From: an uncultured virus (IMG/VR IMGVR_UViG_3300008117_000046)
Lineage: Duplodnaviria; Heunggongvirae; Uroviricota; Caudoviricetes
IMG/VR virus record: IMGVR_UViG_3300008117_000046
Length of the DNA: 64,000 nucleotides
Strand: one strand, 5' to 3'
Shown: positions 32,029-41,700 of the stretch, piece by piece
How the letters are laid out: every line of letters begins with the position of its first letter
Position numbering within the stretch: position 1 is the stretch's first letter
Notes under the pieces: generated by a model
The model's database searches: none
What the model saw: the letters and a program-made list of their open reading frames with translations, nothing else
Told to the model about the DNA's origin: nothing
Position numbers and translations under genes: made by a program

Positions 32029-33171
32029 TCAATTTAATAATCTATAGAGATCAAGTAGACTCTGATCCTCTGCGAGCTCAGGGTAACAATCATGGAGATA
32101 GGGACAAGGCTTACCAAAGGAATCGAGACAGGGACTATAATTATCCTCAGGGTAATGGTGAGGGTAGAAACCTGCTGTGATTAATTTGTGCGTGCCAAAG
32201 AATGAGGTTAATACGCGATCCATGATGCTGCGGTCAATAGGCGTTAGTACCAGACTACCCTCCCTGACGTTATAGATACCCATAGCATCAACGCGAGTGC
32301 CTGTCAATTTCTCATAGGCATAGGCATAGGCACAGAGCTGAGGGTTATACGCCAGCTTATCTGTAGTATAGGCAGACTTACTGGTCTTATAATCAACTAT
32401 AGTTAGGCCATGAGAGGTGATTCCCACCCAGTCAATGAAGCCCAGGAGGTTGATACCGGCATCACCGCCGCAATCAGTCGGCATGGGCACCTCATTTATA
32501 ATAGTGCCGTCATTATATCCACTGATAGGTAACTCAACATAGATAGTGCGCTTAAACTCCTTAGGAGGAATAAAGGCCCGGCACAGGTTAAACGCGTCAG
32601 TCAGTGCACCAATAACATCAAGCTCAACATCCAATTCAGGATTAAGCATAAGCATATATTCATTAGCTGCATGCCGTAGAGCGAGGAGGGGCTCCTCTGC
32701 CTGTTTCCATGCAGTAGTAGACTGATAAGCGCTACTCACCTTACCGGCAGCGGTGCGTATGGCATCGGGACCCTTATAGTCAGCGCGGGCTCTGTTATGC
32801 AACACTGCATAACCATCTACTAGGCCCATTAAGTAACTAGAGATAGTGGTCTGGTCCGACGCAGGCGTATTAGATACAATGACACCAGCGGCCATAAGCG
32901 CGCTTATGTAGGTCTCCTCGAGGCACTGCTCTAGATTATAATCATGTTCTACTTCAGGATCATAGTATAACTCGAGGGCCCCATGCACTAGGTTACCCAA
33001 TAGAGTAGAGCGCGTAGCCCCACTCTTCCTATTGAGGTCAACGTATTTATGATAGAACTCCATCCCACAGCGGCGATATACGCGCAGTGCACTAACAGAG
33101 TAGTAGGGCGGGCGTTCTGCTACAGATCGACTAGTAATAATATTAGAGGTCATCGCTAACCTCTGCGCCAT
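32029..33171 (-). CDS. PD-(D/E)xK RecB/Cas4-like exonuclease
   Basis: SVSALRVYRRCG, GNLVH, GFIDWV, IVDYKT, QLCAYA and C-terminal C-x6-CPY-x3-C (Fe-S-type cysteines). Confidence 0.85.
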   Translation of the reverse strand: MAQRLAMTSNIITSRSVAERPPYYSVSALRVYRRCGMEFYHKYVDLNRKSGATRSTLLGNLVHGALELYYDPEVEHDYNLEQCLEETYISALMAAGVIVSNTPASDQTTISSYLMGLVDGYAVLHNRARADYKGPDAIRTAAGKVSSAYQSTTAWKQAEEPLLALRHAANEYMLMLNPELDVELDVIGALTDAFNLCRAFIPPKEFKRTIYVELPISGYNDGTIINEVPMPTDCGGDAGINLLGFIDWVGITSHGLTIVDYKTSKSAYTTDKLAYNPQLCAYAYAYEKLTGTRVDAMGIYNVREGSLVLTPIDRSIMDRVLTSFFGTHKLITAGFYPHHYPEDNYSPCLDSFGKPCPYLHDCYPELAEDQSLLDLYRLLN

Positions 33172-33694
33172 AATGAGCTAATAATACTGCCTCAGCCATA
33201 CCATCATGGGGCTTGTGACAGAGAGAAGTCCTGAATAAATTAACAGCAGGATAGAGATTCACAGCAATAGATACACTGCGTGTCTTAGTAGGTTTATTAT
33301 AGGTCCATTTGATAGGCGGGGTCATATCGGCATAGTGCGATTGCCACTCACGGGAATCTACTATTACATAATTCAGACCTATACCCTCCAATAGGCCAAC
33401 TAGTCTCCCATAGTTAAACATAGTCTTAGCAGCAGAACCCAGACCCTGGCGCTGCTCCTTTCCCTCAACCATCTTGGGCCGGACTACTATCTGACGCTCA
33501 ATAATAGTAAGATGAGGTTTATAATGAGACAGGTAATTCTTAATTACCCCCATGTTTATATCCTTATCAGACGTAGAGATTGGCATGATTCTAACATCAA
33601 CTACATTATGGGTATCACCCTTTTGTAGTATACAAAGCCCCCCAGCTAAACCTGGGTCTATCCCACATATAAATTTAATCAAGATAATCACCAA
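33143..33694 (-). CDS. RuvC-like Holliday junction resolvase
   Basis: GIDPGLAGG, IIERQ and HDGMAEAVLLA. Confidence 0.85.
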   Translation of the reverse strand: MVIILIKFICGIDPGLAGGLCILQKGDTHNVVDVRIMPISTSDKDINMGVIKNYLSHYKPHLTIIERQIVVRPKMVEGKEQRQGLGSAAKTMFNYGRLVGLLEGIGLNYVIVDSREWQSHYADMTPPIKWTYNKPTKTRSVSIAVNLYPAVNLFRTSLCHKPHDGMAEAVLLAHYGAEVSDDL

Positions 33695-33742
33695 CTAATA
33701 TATTATCATTATAGCACATAACGCCTGCTACACTGAGAATAA

Positions 33743-33940
33743 TTAATTGAATTGAAACAACCAGGGATTCCAAGTTAGTTCAGTATTATCATCTAACGTG
33801 ACAACCACTTTGTTCTTATGATTAACGTAGGGGTTACCCTTCGTGTTATAACTATAACCCGCTGACTTAGGATACGTTGATTGATATGCTATATTAGTAA
33901 CTACTTTATTATTAATCTCATCACCTAGCTTGATGTGCAT
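33743..33940 (-). CDS. Hypothetical protein
   Basis: 65-aa ORF overlapping the end of the radical SAM gene. Confidence 0.55.
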   Translation of the reverse strand: MHIKLGDEINNKVVTNIAYQSTYPKSAGYSYNTKGNPYVNHKNKVVVTLDDNTELTWNPWLFQFN

Positions 33941-34842
33941 GAGAAGCCTGCCTGGAAGTAATCGATTAGTGAAGTAGAGTCGAATGACGTGCGGTTATAA
34001 CTACGACTAGTAGGAGCATACTGCTGCTTAACCGCATCAATATACATAGTGAACTGGAAGTCATCGCCCATATAGAAGCGGGCCCACCCCTCATCAGTGA
34101 ATAAACGTCTGAGCTCTAACTGTTCGATAGCCAGGTTATCAAAGGAGAGATTACACCTGCCTATAAGAAAGGGTAGAGAACGCCGCCACTGCGCTATGCC
34201 TGCATCTACCTCAGGGCTATGATAATCTATACCGAAGCCGAAGTTCTTATAGCCTAGTACGAGTACCTTACTGGTTGCAGCACTGAGATTAACCAACTCA
34301 TCGATTATACTAACGGGATGGATACCAGCGATTATGTGATACACGATGTTATCTGAGAGACGCAGTACTGATATCAGACTGCTATAGTTACTACTAGTAA
34401 TTGAGATGCCGAGGCCCCGCACTAACTCCCGGCTTACGATATCCTCTATTAGAGTATCGTAGCGATGTAGATGACCTTGGTTAACAGTAATGTTAGCTAT
34501 AAGCCCGCGGGCCTTAAGTTCTACTAGGTAATCCACTATATTAGGATGAGATAGTGGGTTACCACCTCCGTTTGCTAACTCGACCCCAGCAGGTATATCA
34601 CTAAGGACATCGAGTAACCGTGTTAGGTCAGCGTGTTTACCATTACGAGTAGAACTCTCATGACAATATTTACATCCCATATCACAGTAGTCAGTGATCT
34701 TAATATCTATAGAGCAGGGATAGGCGGGGCGGGCCCCAACCACACTTGTAGTACGAACCAGGGTACCATCAGCATATAGAGTACACTCATAGTCACCATT
34801 GGTATAATGCGCTAAAGTTGTCGTTTCATTAAACTTATTCAT
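33925..34842 (-). CDS. Radical SAM protein
   Basis: CDMGCKYCHE (CxxxCxxC), GGGNP, ANITVN. Confidence 0.9.
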   Translation of the reverse strand: MNKFNETTTLAHYTNGDYECTLYADGTLVRTTSVVGARPAYPCSIDIKITDYCDMGCKYCHESSTRNGKHADLTRLLDVLSDIPAGVELANGGGNPLSHPNIVDYLVELKARGLIANITVNQGHLHRYDTLIEDIVSRELVRGLGISITSSNYSSLISVLRLSDNIVYHIIAGIHPVSIIDELVNLSAATSKVLVLGYKNFGFGIDYHSPEVDAGIAQWRRSLPFLIGRCNLSFDNLAIEQLELRRLFTDEGWARFYMGDDFQFTMYIDAVKQQYAPTSRSYNRTSFDSTSLIDYFQAGFSCTSS

Positions 34843-34846
34843 AGAA

Positions 34847-35182
34847 TTACGGATAATCAGTATTAATCCCCATGATCTCGCAGGCTTCGATTAATTTATC
34901 TATCCCCCCGAACCATCCGGCGGTAACATTAGAATGGCTCAACGTGCATCGGAGCTCTTCGATGAGGCATTCACCTCTACGCTCTTCTGTGTAGGCTTCT
35001 GGAGAAGGATATAATTCGCATTCCCAATCTCCTACTTGACGGTGAGTATCAATATCAAACTTTTTGTTATCAACCACTATATACTTTCGCCCGACTGATT
35101 TAATAGTTCCCCATGTACCATCCTCGTGGGGAATTACTGCCCATACCCTGGCCCCCTTTTTAATAAAGTCTTTTGGCAACAT
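34847..35182 (-). CDS. Hypothetical beta-barrel phage protein
   Basis: TIKSVGRKYIVV motif; host-like composition. Confidence 0.6.
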   Translation of the reverse strand: MLPKDFIKKGARVWAVIPHEDGTWGTIKSVGRKYIVVDNKKFDIDTHRQVGDWECELYPSPEAYTEERRGECLIEELRCTLSHSNVTAGWFGGIDKLIEACEIMGINTDYP

Positions 35183-35231
35183 TTGATTTTCCTCTGGTAA
35201 ATTAGTTTAGACGAGCTTTAGCTAGTGATAT

Positions 35232-35726
35232 CTAATTGCCCTTGTAAAAGAAGTCGCTAGCATACTCCATAACTGCTTTATTATCAATCACATAACTGTA
35301 GTCATTATCACTACCGGTTAGGATAAAGCTATAGGGCGAGAATAGATAACGCATCATCATATTTTTATTAGCTACAATAGCATCGAGGAAGCCGTTCAAC
35401 TCATTGGCATGATCCATGTAGCCGTCATTAAGACTTTCGTATTCGTCATATACTACATCCTCGGCAGTTACAGCAATACCCTCTGATAGCAGGTAGAGTA
35501 TCATGTCATAGGCGTCTTTCATCCTATCGTTAGCGGCGAAGCCCGTGTATAAATAACTGGCCTTGGCTGCTATAGAACTCAGGATAATAGTATCAGAACC
35601 AAATTCGCCAATCTCGAAATGTATTAATTCAGGGATAGTAAGGCTAGTCTGACAGGGAATAGATATACTATGGGTGCTCGAACTATTAGTTTCAAATACA
35701 CCCTGACGGACTTGAATGCTAAGCAT
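35232..35726 (-). CDS. Phage protein with N-terminal RxGVFETNSSS motif
   Basis: VRQGVFETNSSSTHSI and GYMDH; SD GAGG. Confidence 0.7.
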   Translation of the reverse strand: MLSIQVRQGVFETNSSSTHSISIPCQTSLTIPELIHFEIGEFGSDTIILSSIAAKASYLYTGFAANDRMKDAYDMILYLLSEGIAVTAEDVVYDEYESLNDGYMDHANELNGFLDAIVANKNMMMRYLFSPYSFILTGSDNDYSYVIDNKAVMEYASDFFYKGN

Positions 35727-35807
35727 AGAAACCTCTTAAGAAATTGTAGATCTACTTACGACGGGTTGACACTAGTCTCGACAACAGAGGCACGACAGTG
35801 AGGGCTA

Positions 35808-35888
35808 TCAGGTTAAGTCATTAAACAATAAGCCAATTATTGTAATAAGAGCGAGAGCCAGCCCTATAACTAACGGTGCATTATCCAT
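35808..35888 (-). CDS. 26-aa single-pass membrane peptide
   Basis: MDNAPLVIGLALALITIIGLLFNDLT with SD GGAGG 5 nt before the ATG. Confidence 0.5.
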   Translation of the reverse strand: MDNAPLVIGLALALITIIGLLFNDLT

Positions 35889-35947
35889 CTTAACCTCCCA
35901 GGATTATTAATAGTGATTTGACATTAACTCTAGTGGAATGGGGAGCG

Positions 35948-36749
35948 CTATCGTTTATCTGCGGCGAAGGCGCGTTGTGTTAGCTTAGCCATATCCCTAA
36001 TAGCATCCCATCCTGCCTCACCATATTGAGATACAGCATATTGCTCAACAGCGAGTAGTATATCAGCTAACTCGCACTGCCTCAATAACGAATTAGTGGC
36101 CTCGCGACACTCGAGCAACTCCTCGTATATCTTATCCAGCGTATTAACAAAATATTTAGGGATAGGACTAGAGTGATAGCCCGGCTGGAAGGAGTCATTA
36201 ACTGCTATACTAAAGCGGGGCTCAGCTATACCAGTGCCATAGTACCACCAGTGGTCCTCATAAGAGCGCTTACCATAAGAACCCAGCTCTAGATTCAATG
36301 GGGTATAAATTATATCTGTCTCATTGTCACAACGCACAAACTTGAGATTATGTGGATTAATGTAATGTAGCATCCACTGGTATGCATCACGACAGATAGT
36401 ATCTTCAGTCATACCAGGCATACCCTTATACACGAATAACTCTAGTTTCATGAAGTAAGGGCGGCTATAATCATCATTATCCAGTGGACGAAAGCACGGC
36501 GTAATAGCTTGCAGTGCGTCACCTGCCTGATAATGTCCATTTATCGCATTATAGATGAAGGTCTGTTCTGCGCTACCTACCAGCACAAAAGAGTCGTAAC
36601 AGCTATAGGAGGCCTGACTGTTAGGCTCTGGTGAGGTTATAGAGCCGATATCGCGAGGGCACGACCCATTTTAGATCGACTATTCTATAGCCCTTCTGTT
36701 TATAGTACTCCTGCGCTTCTACTAAATAGCGGTAATTAATAGTAAACAT
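35948..36749 (-). pseudogene. Class II aaRS-like ligase domain fused to a MazG-like helical domain, with one frameshift
   Basis: ATG at 36749 (MFTINYRYLVEAQEYY..KWVVP) joins LVGSAEQ, TPCFR, FMKLEL, ELGSYG and GTGIAEPR if one base is removed at 36657-36659; C-terminal EELLEC...ELADIL. Confidence 0.6.
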
Positions 36750-36753
36750 TTGA

Positions 36754-37095
36754 TTAGTCCTTAATTAATAGAACGTTTCTTTCTTGATAATACGCTAGGC
36801 GGCCCTCGCAAAATTGAATTACAGAGCTAGGTTGAGCCTTAAGCACCTTTTCTACCTTGGCATTGTCAAAGAAGCGCACATCCTTATTTATAAAGTTAGG
36901 AGATAATAGGTCGTTGATCTCTATGAAGATACGCGGAAGTAATTCAAGTAAAGAGGCGGGCGGCTCCTCCTCGATTACTCTCTCACATAGAGCTGCATCC
37001 ATCTGACAGAGATACACATGGAATGGCTTATTAGGGTACTCTTTCATCAGATACTCTAGATTAAGACTAATAAGCATAGATAGGTTAGCAGACAT
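36754..37095 (-). CDS. Hypothetical protein
   Basis: 113-aa coupled ORF. Confidence 0.55.
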   Translation of the reverse strand: MSANLSMLISLNLEYLMKEYPNKPFHVYLCQMDAALCERVIEEEPPASLLELLPRIFIEINDLLSPNFINKDVRFFDNAKVEKVLKAQPSSVIQFCEGRLAYYQERNVLLIKD

Positions 37096-37585
37096 TAAAT
37101 AATCTCCTGTTAATATCAGATGATAGGAAGGCCTCTAACCAGACAGGGCGGGGCTCTATAAGATAACAGGCCCGCGCTGCGATAAGAGGATGATAGAAGT
37201 AAGGTAAAAACTCTAGCTGAGCTAGTGCCTCTATATGATGAGGCGTAGCTATACCTCTATGATCTAGTATACCCAGGGTAGGGTAGCGCTCGTGATATAT
37301 ATTTAGGTTATAGTTGTGCAGATACTCAGTAGTATCTAGACAGTACCAGGCAGCGCCAGAGCGGGGCCGCTCCATATCAGATAGGTAGCCTGTTATAATC
37401 GGCGGGCCCTCACTATCCTCACATAGATACTCTATGGCACGTCTATACATACGCCACTCCTGGGCCCAACTCGACTGTAGTGTTATAGTAACAGCACTAT
37501 AGCGGCCATCAGCGTAACGCCCTACATAATAGGGGTATATCATACAATCGCGAGCTGGTATACTCACGTGATAATTAGTCATCAC
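37085..37585 (-). CDS. Hypothetical protein
   Basis: 166-aa ORF overlapping the primase stop. Confidence 0.6.
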   Translation of the reverse strand: MMTNYHVSIPARDCMIYPYYVGRYADGRYSAVTITLQSSWAQEWRMYRRAIEYLCEDSEGPPIITGYLSDMERPRSGAAWYCLDTTEYLHNYNLNIYHERYPTLGILDHRGIATPHHIEALAQLEFLPYFYHPLIAARACYLIEPRPVWLEAFLSSDINRRLFNVC

Positions 37586-38775
37586 GATCCAAATAGTAGA
37601 GAGGCATATTCAAGGGGCCCTAATTGATTATCTACATAAGGAGCCAGTAGCCCTAAGGGGGAATGAGTGGCAGTTAATACCCGCAATATATCTACGTGAT
37701 GACTAATGTCGGGCCCCCATTGAGCTAGTAAATCATCTACGAATAGTATGCGGTTAGCATTAATAGTATCAGCAGCATTAACGCGAGGCTCTGCTACCAA
37801 CCACTCATTAATATCCTTATAATCAGCAACCATATACGTCATAAGCTCAGCTAATGGTAAGTTAATCTGCAGCTGAACTAGTTGAGGTATGATACGCACC
37901 CAGCTCTTATATACGCCAGCATGAGTAGGATGATCATCGCTATACTTATCTGAGTCGAATATAAATGTGATATGACGGAAGGGCTTGAATTTACTGGTGT
38001 GACATAATAGATACTCCAGACCCAATAACCCCACTACAGGTAAACCACGACCTACTAGTGATGTGGCATCAGGCGGGCCCTCAACTATATATAGCTCGCG
38101 AGCTGGGTGCTTACTATACTCCTTAAGACAATGTTCTAGATAGAGATAGCGCTTACTATTAATAGCGGCCCGCGTATCCTTATAACGGGGGGCCCTCTCA
38201 CTACTACCTATATAGCGACCAACCATATGGACTAGATGACCTCGTGTATCTCGTATAGGGAATATAATGCGTTCCCTATAGTAATCCTCGCCGTCCTCCT
38301 TAATCAGACCCTCGCGGGCTAATGCCTCATGATCTATATCGAATTGACGTAGACCACCAGGAGGAGCATACCCTATACCAATACTACGAGCTAGATCGAG
38401 AGACCAGCCCCGCCGTAGTATATAATCCTGAGCAGCAGGCGTAGTATCAAGATAATAGTGATAGGCCTCTAGCGCGCTCTCTAGTACTATACTGCGAGCA
38501 TCCATAACCTCGCGGGCCTGACGTATACCGGCGCGGGCCTCTAACTGTTGCATAGCCCCAGCATAATCAAGCTTAGTATGCCAACGCCAGGCATTAACCA
38601 GGCCCATACCTGCGTTCAACTCACAACTAGTCCTCCAGCACTTCATATAGTGCGGATATACACTCAGCTTACCGCGGCCCCCACAAGCAGGACAATCATT
38701 AGTACCATGCCGTAGATTTAGTAGCTCTGGTATAGTTAGCCGCTCCATTATCAGTTGTTCATTCTCTCTCGTCAC
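37582..38775 (-). CDS. DnaG-type DNA primase
   Basis: Zn finger CPAC...CWRTSC, IGYAP, RIIFPIRD, GRY...PRYKD, TOPRIM IVEGPPD and FDSD, KDINE. Confidence 0.9.
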   Translation of the reverse strand: MTRENEQLIMERLTIPELLNLRHGTNDCPACGGRGKLSVYPHYMKCWRTSCELNAGMGLVNAWRWHTKLDYAGAMQQLEARAGIRQAREVMDARSIVLESALEAYHYYLDTTPAAQDYILRRGWSLDLARSIGIGYAPPGGLRQFDIDHEALAREGLIKEDGEDYYRERIIFPIRDTRGHLVHMVGRYIGSSERAPRYKDTRAAINSKRYLYLEHCLKEYSKHPARELYIVEGPPDATSLVGRGLPVVGLLGLEYLLCHTSKFKPFRHITFIFDSDKYSDDHPTHAGVYKSWVRIIPQLVQLQINLPLAELMTYMVADYKDINEWLVAEPRVNAADTINANRILFVDDLLAQWGPDISHHVDILRVLTATHSPLGLLAPYVDNQLGPLEYASLLFGS

Positions 38776-41700
38776 CGCTCTCCGTATATTGTATGAATGC
38801 CCTATAATAACTAAGCTTGAACTTAAACATTAATACATATTGCCTGTTAATGGCAAGATGCTCGAGATAAGTGATGTCACTTACCCGTAGCCCATTCCAT
38901 AAGAATATCTCGGTCAACATACCTCACCCACGTCATCCATACTTCCGTTCTTAAGGGATACCTTCGACATGGTTCAGGCCATATATTTATATCTCGTCTA
39001 TCGCGCCACATATCGCCCTCTAATATAAATTGCATACTTCCAGTCTGTAATAAAACAAAGCAAGTTCGAAAGAATTACAATCATAAAACTTACGCATTAA
39101 GTGATATACCTCAATGGGGGGTTCAGGCATAAACATAGAGGCCTTCAGCTTATTGTGCAGAGTCCAATCGTTATGATTAATAGTATTCATTCAAACAAAC
39201 CTTTATGATTCAATCTAGAGTAAAACGAACCGACATGATTCCTGCTCATTAAATAAGAGCGGGTTACTAAGTAATTTGCAGGCTCAATAAGTATAAAGGC
39301 CTTAAGCTTATTGTGTAGAGACCAATCATTAATCATAATCATCTTCATTGAAATCATCTTCATTGAAATAACCGCCCTTATGTATAATGTCATCCTTACT
39401 CATTCTCATCTAAAATGTGTTAGACAATTCACTTACCAGTCTATAGTAAAACTGGTCGACAGAGGTAATAAGTATAGAGGCCTTCAGCTTATTGTGCAGA
39501 ATCCAAATATTACAATTTAGTCTTCATCGAAATAATTGTATAGCAGTCTATAGTAAAATTGATCTATAAAAGTAATAAGTATAGAGGCCTTGAGCTTATT
39601 GTCGATAGTCCAGTCGTAAAGCGAACCCAATTTGAAATAATCATTATTACACAGAACCCAATTATTATATAAAATCCAATAAGTAGAAATTCTCTTCATC
39701 AAAACAAACCCTTATGATTCAATCTAGAGTAAAACGAACCGACCTTATTAAATAAGACCAGGTTACTAAGTAATTTGCCCCAACGAAAGACTCAATAAGC
39801 ATAGAGGCTTTTTATTATTTGTCTCAGTGGAAGGTTCAGTAATAAGTATAGAAGCTTTAAGCTTATTGTGTAGAGTCCAATCACACAAACTCTTATGACC
39901 CAATCTAGAATAAAACAAACCGACATAGTACCTGCTCATTAAATAAGACCAGATACCATAATTTGCCTTAACGGAAGGCTCAATAAGCATAAAGGCCTCA
40001 AAGGTCCAATCATTAATCATAATCATCTTCATCGAAATAACCGTCCTCATTTAGAATAATAAACCAATAAAACCGGGTTACTAAATAATTTGCCCCAACG
40101 GAAAACTCAAGCATAGGGGCCTTAATAAGCTTATTGTGCAGAGACCAATCATTAATCATCTTCATCGAAATAATCATCTTTATATAGAATGTCGTATATC
40201 GCAGCTCTTAGTCTATAGTAAAACCCGCCGGTAGAGATAATAAGTGTACGGGCCTTTAACTTATTGTTGAGAGTCCAGTCGTAAAACAAAGCAAGTTTAA
40301 AAACTTTACAATTAACCATCTTCATAAAATGCAACTCTTATGATTCAATCTAGAGTAAAACGAACCGACATAATACCTGCCCATTAAATAAGACTCGGTT
40401 ACTAAGTAATTTGCCCCAACGGAAAACTCAATAAGCATAGAGGCCTCAAGCTTATTGTGCAGAGACCAATAATCATTAATCATCTTCATCGAAATAACCG
40501 TCCTCATATTCATCAAATTGGCCATCCTCAAGATAATAACCGCCCTCATCTAGAATATCATCTTTATCTAGGATGTTTTCTAACATATTTATCAATCTAC
40601 AGTAAAACCGGAAGATAGAGCCGCAACACTTGCTTAGTTTAGGAGTATAAATCTCGAAACCCATCTCTTCATAATAATGAAACAAGCGCAAGGCATTGAG
40701 ATAATCATTATTCAAAATCCAAGGTAACAGACAATCGTTAGAAACATTCTTCATTGAAATAACCGTCCTTATATAAAATATCATTCTTATTCATCCTCAT
40801 CTAGAATGTTATGTATAACACACTTACCAGTCTATAATAAAACTGGTCGACAGAGATAATAAGTATAGAGGTCTTCAACTTATTGTGCAGAGTCCGAAAG
40901 TAATTTGCCCCAACGGAAGGCTCAATAAGCATAGAAGCTCTAAGCTTATTGTTTAGAGTCCACCCTTCACATATAATCATCTTCACTAGAATAACCGTCC
41001 TTATGTATAAAGTAATCCTTATTCATTCTCATCTAGAATGTGTTAGACAGTCTATAGTAAAACAGGTCTACAGAGGTAATAAGTATAAAGGCCTTCAGCT
41101 TATTGTGCATAATAAAGGCAAATTTGAAAGATTTATAGCTTACTAAATCATTTATCTCAGCGAAAGACTCAGTAGTAAGTATAAGGTTATTATGTGTAAT
41201 CCAATATTTAGAGATAGTGTTCATTAAAGTAATCATCCTCATTTAGAATATCACTCTCATCTAGAGCGTTATATATAAAAGCCACTAGTCTATAGTAAAG
41301 CCGGTTGATAGAGCACTTGCTTAATTCAGGAATATGACTCTCGAGGCCCACATCCTCATAATAATAAAACAAGTAATTAAGCTTGTTACAACTAATTGCT
41401 CTCATTGAAGTAATCGCCCCCCATTCAGAAAGCCATATATCCCAAATTCTCCCATTCTATAATAAAACCAGGCGAGTCCCCCAGGACTATAAGCAAAATA
41501 CAATTTACCTAATAATACCTGTAGGTCAACAGACGGATCAGTAATAGGTATAGGTATATTTAACCTATTACGTGGGGCCCATTTGCTACAATTAATTATC
41601 TTCATCGAAATAATCATCCTCATCTAGAATGTTATATAACACATCTCCTAATCTATGATAAAATACGTTGATAGGAACATGTAACTTGTTCAATTCAGGG

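Noticed and set aside
32029..33171. cas4 as part of a CRISPR-Cas locus
   Set aside because: No cas1, cas2 or effector genes; it lies beside a resolvase, as usual for phage recombination exonucleases.
35915..35932. Motif ttgacattaac..tag, also near 61998, as a phage promoter
   Set aside because: Only two or three loose copies; not enough to support a call.
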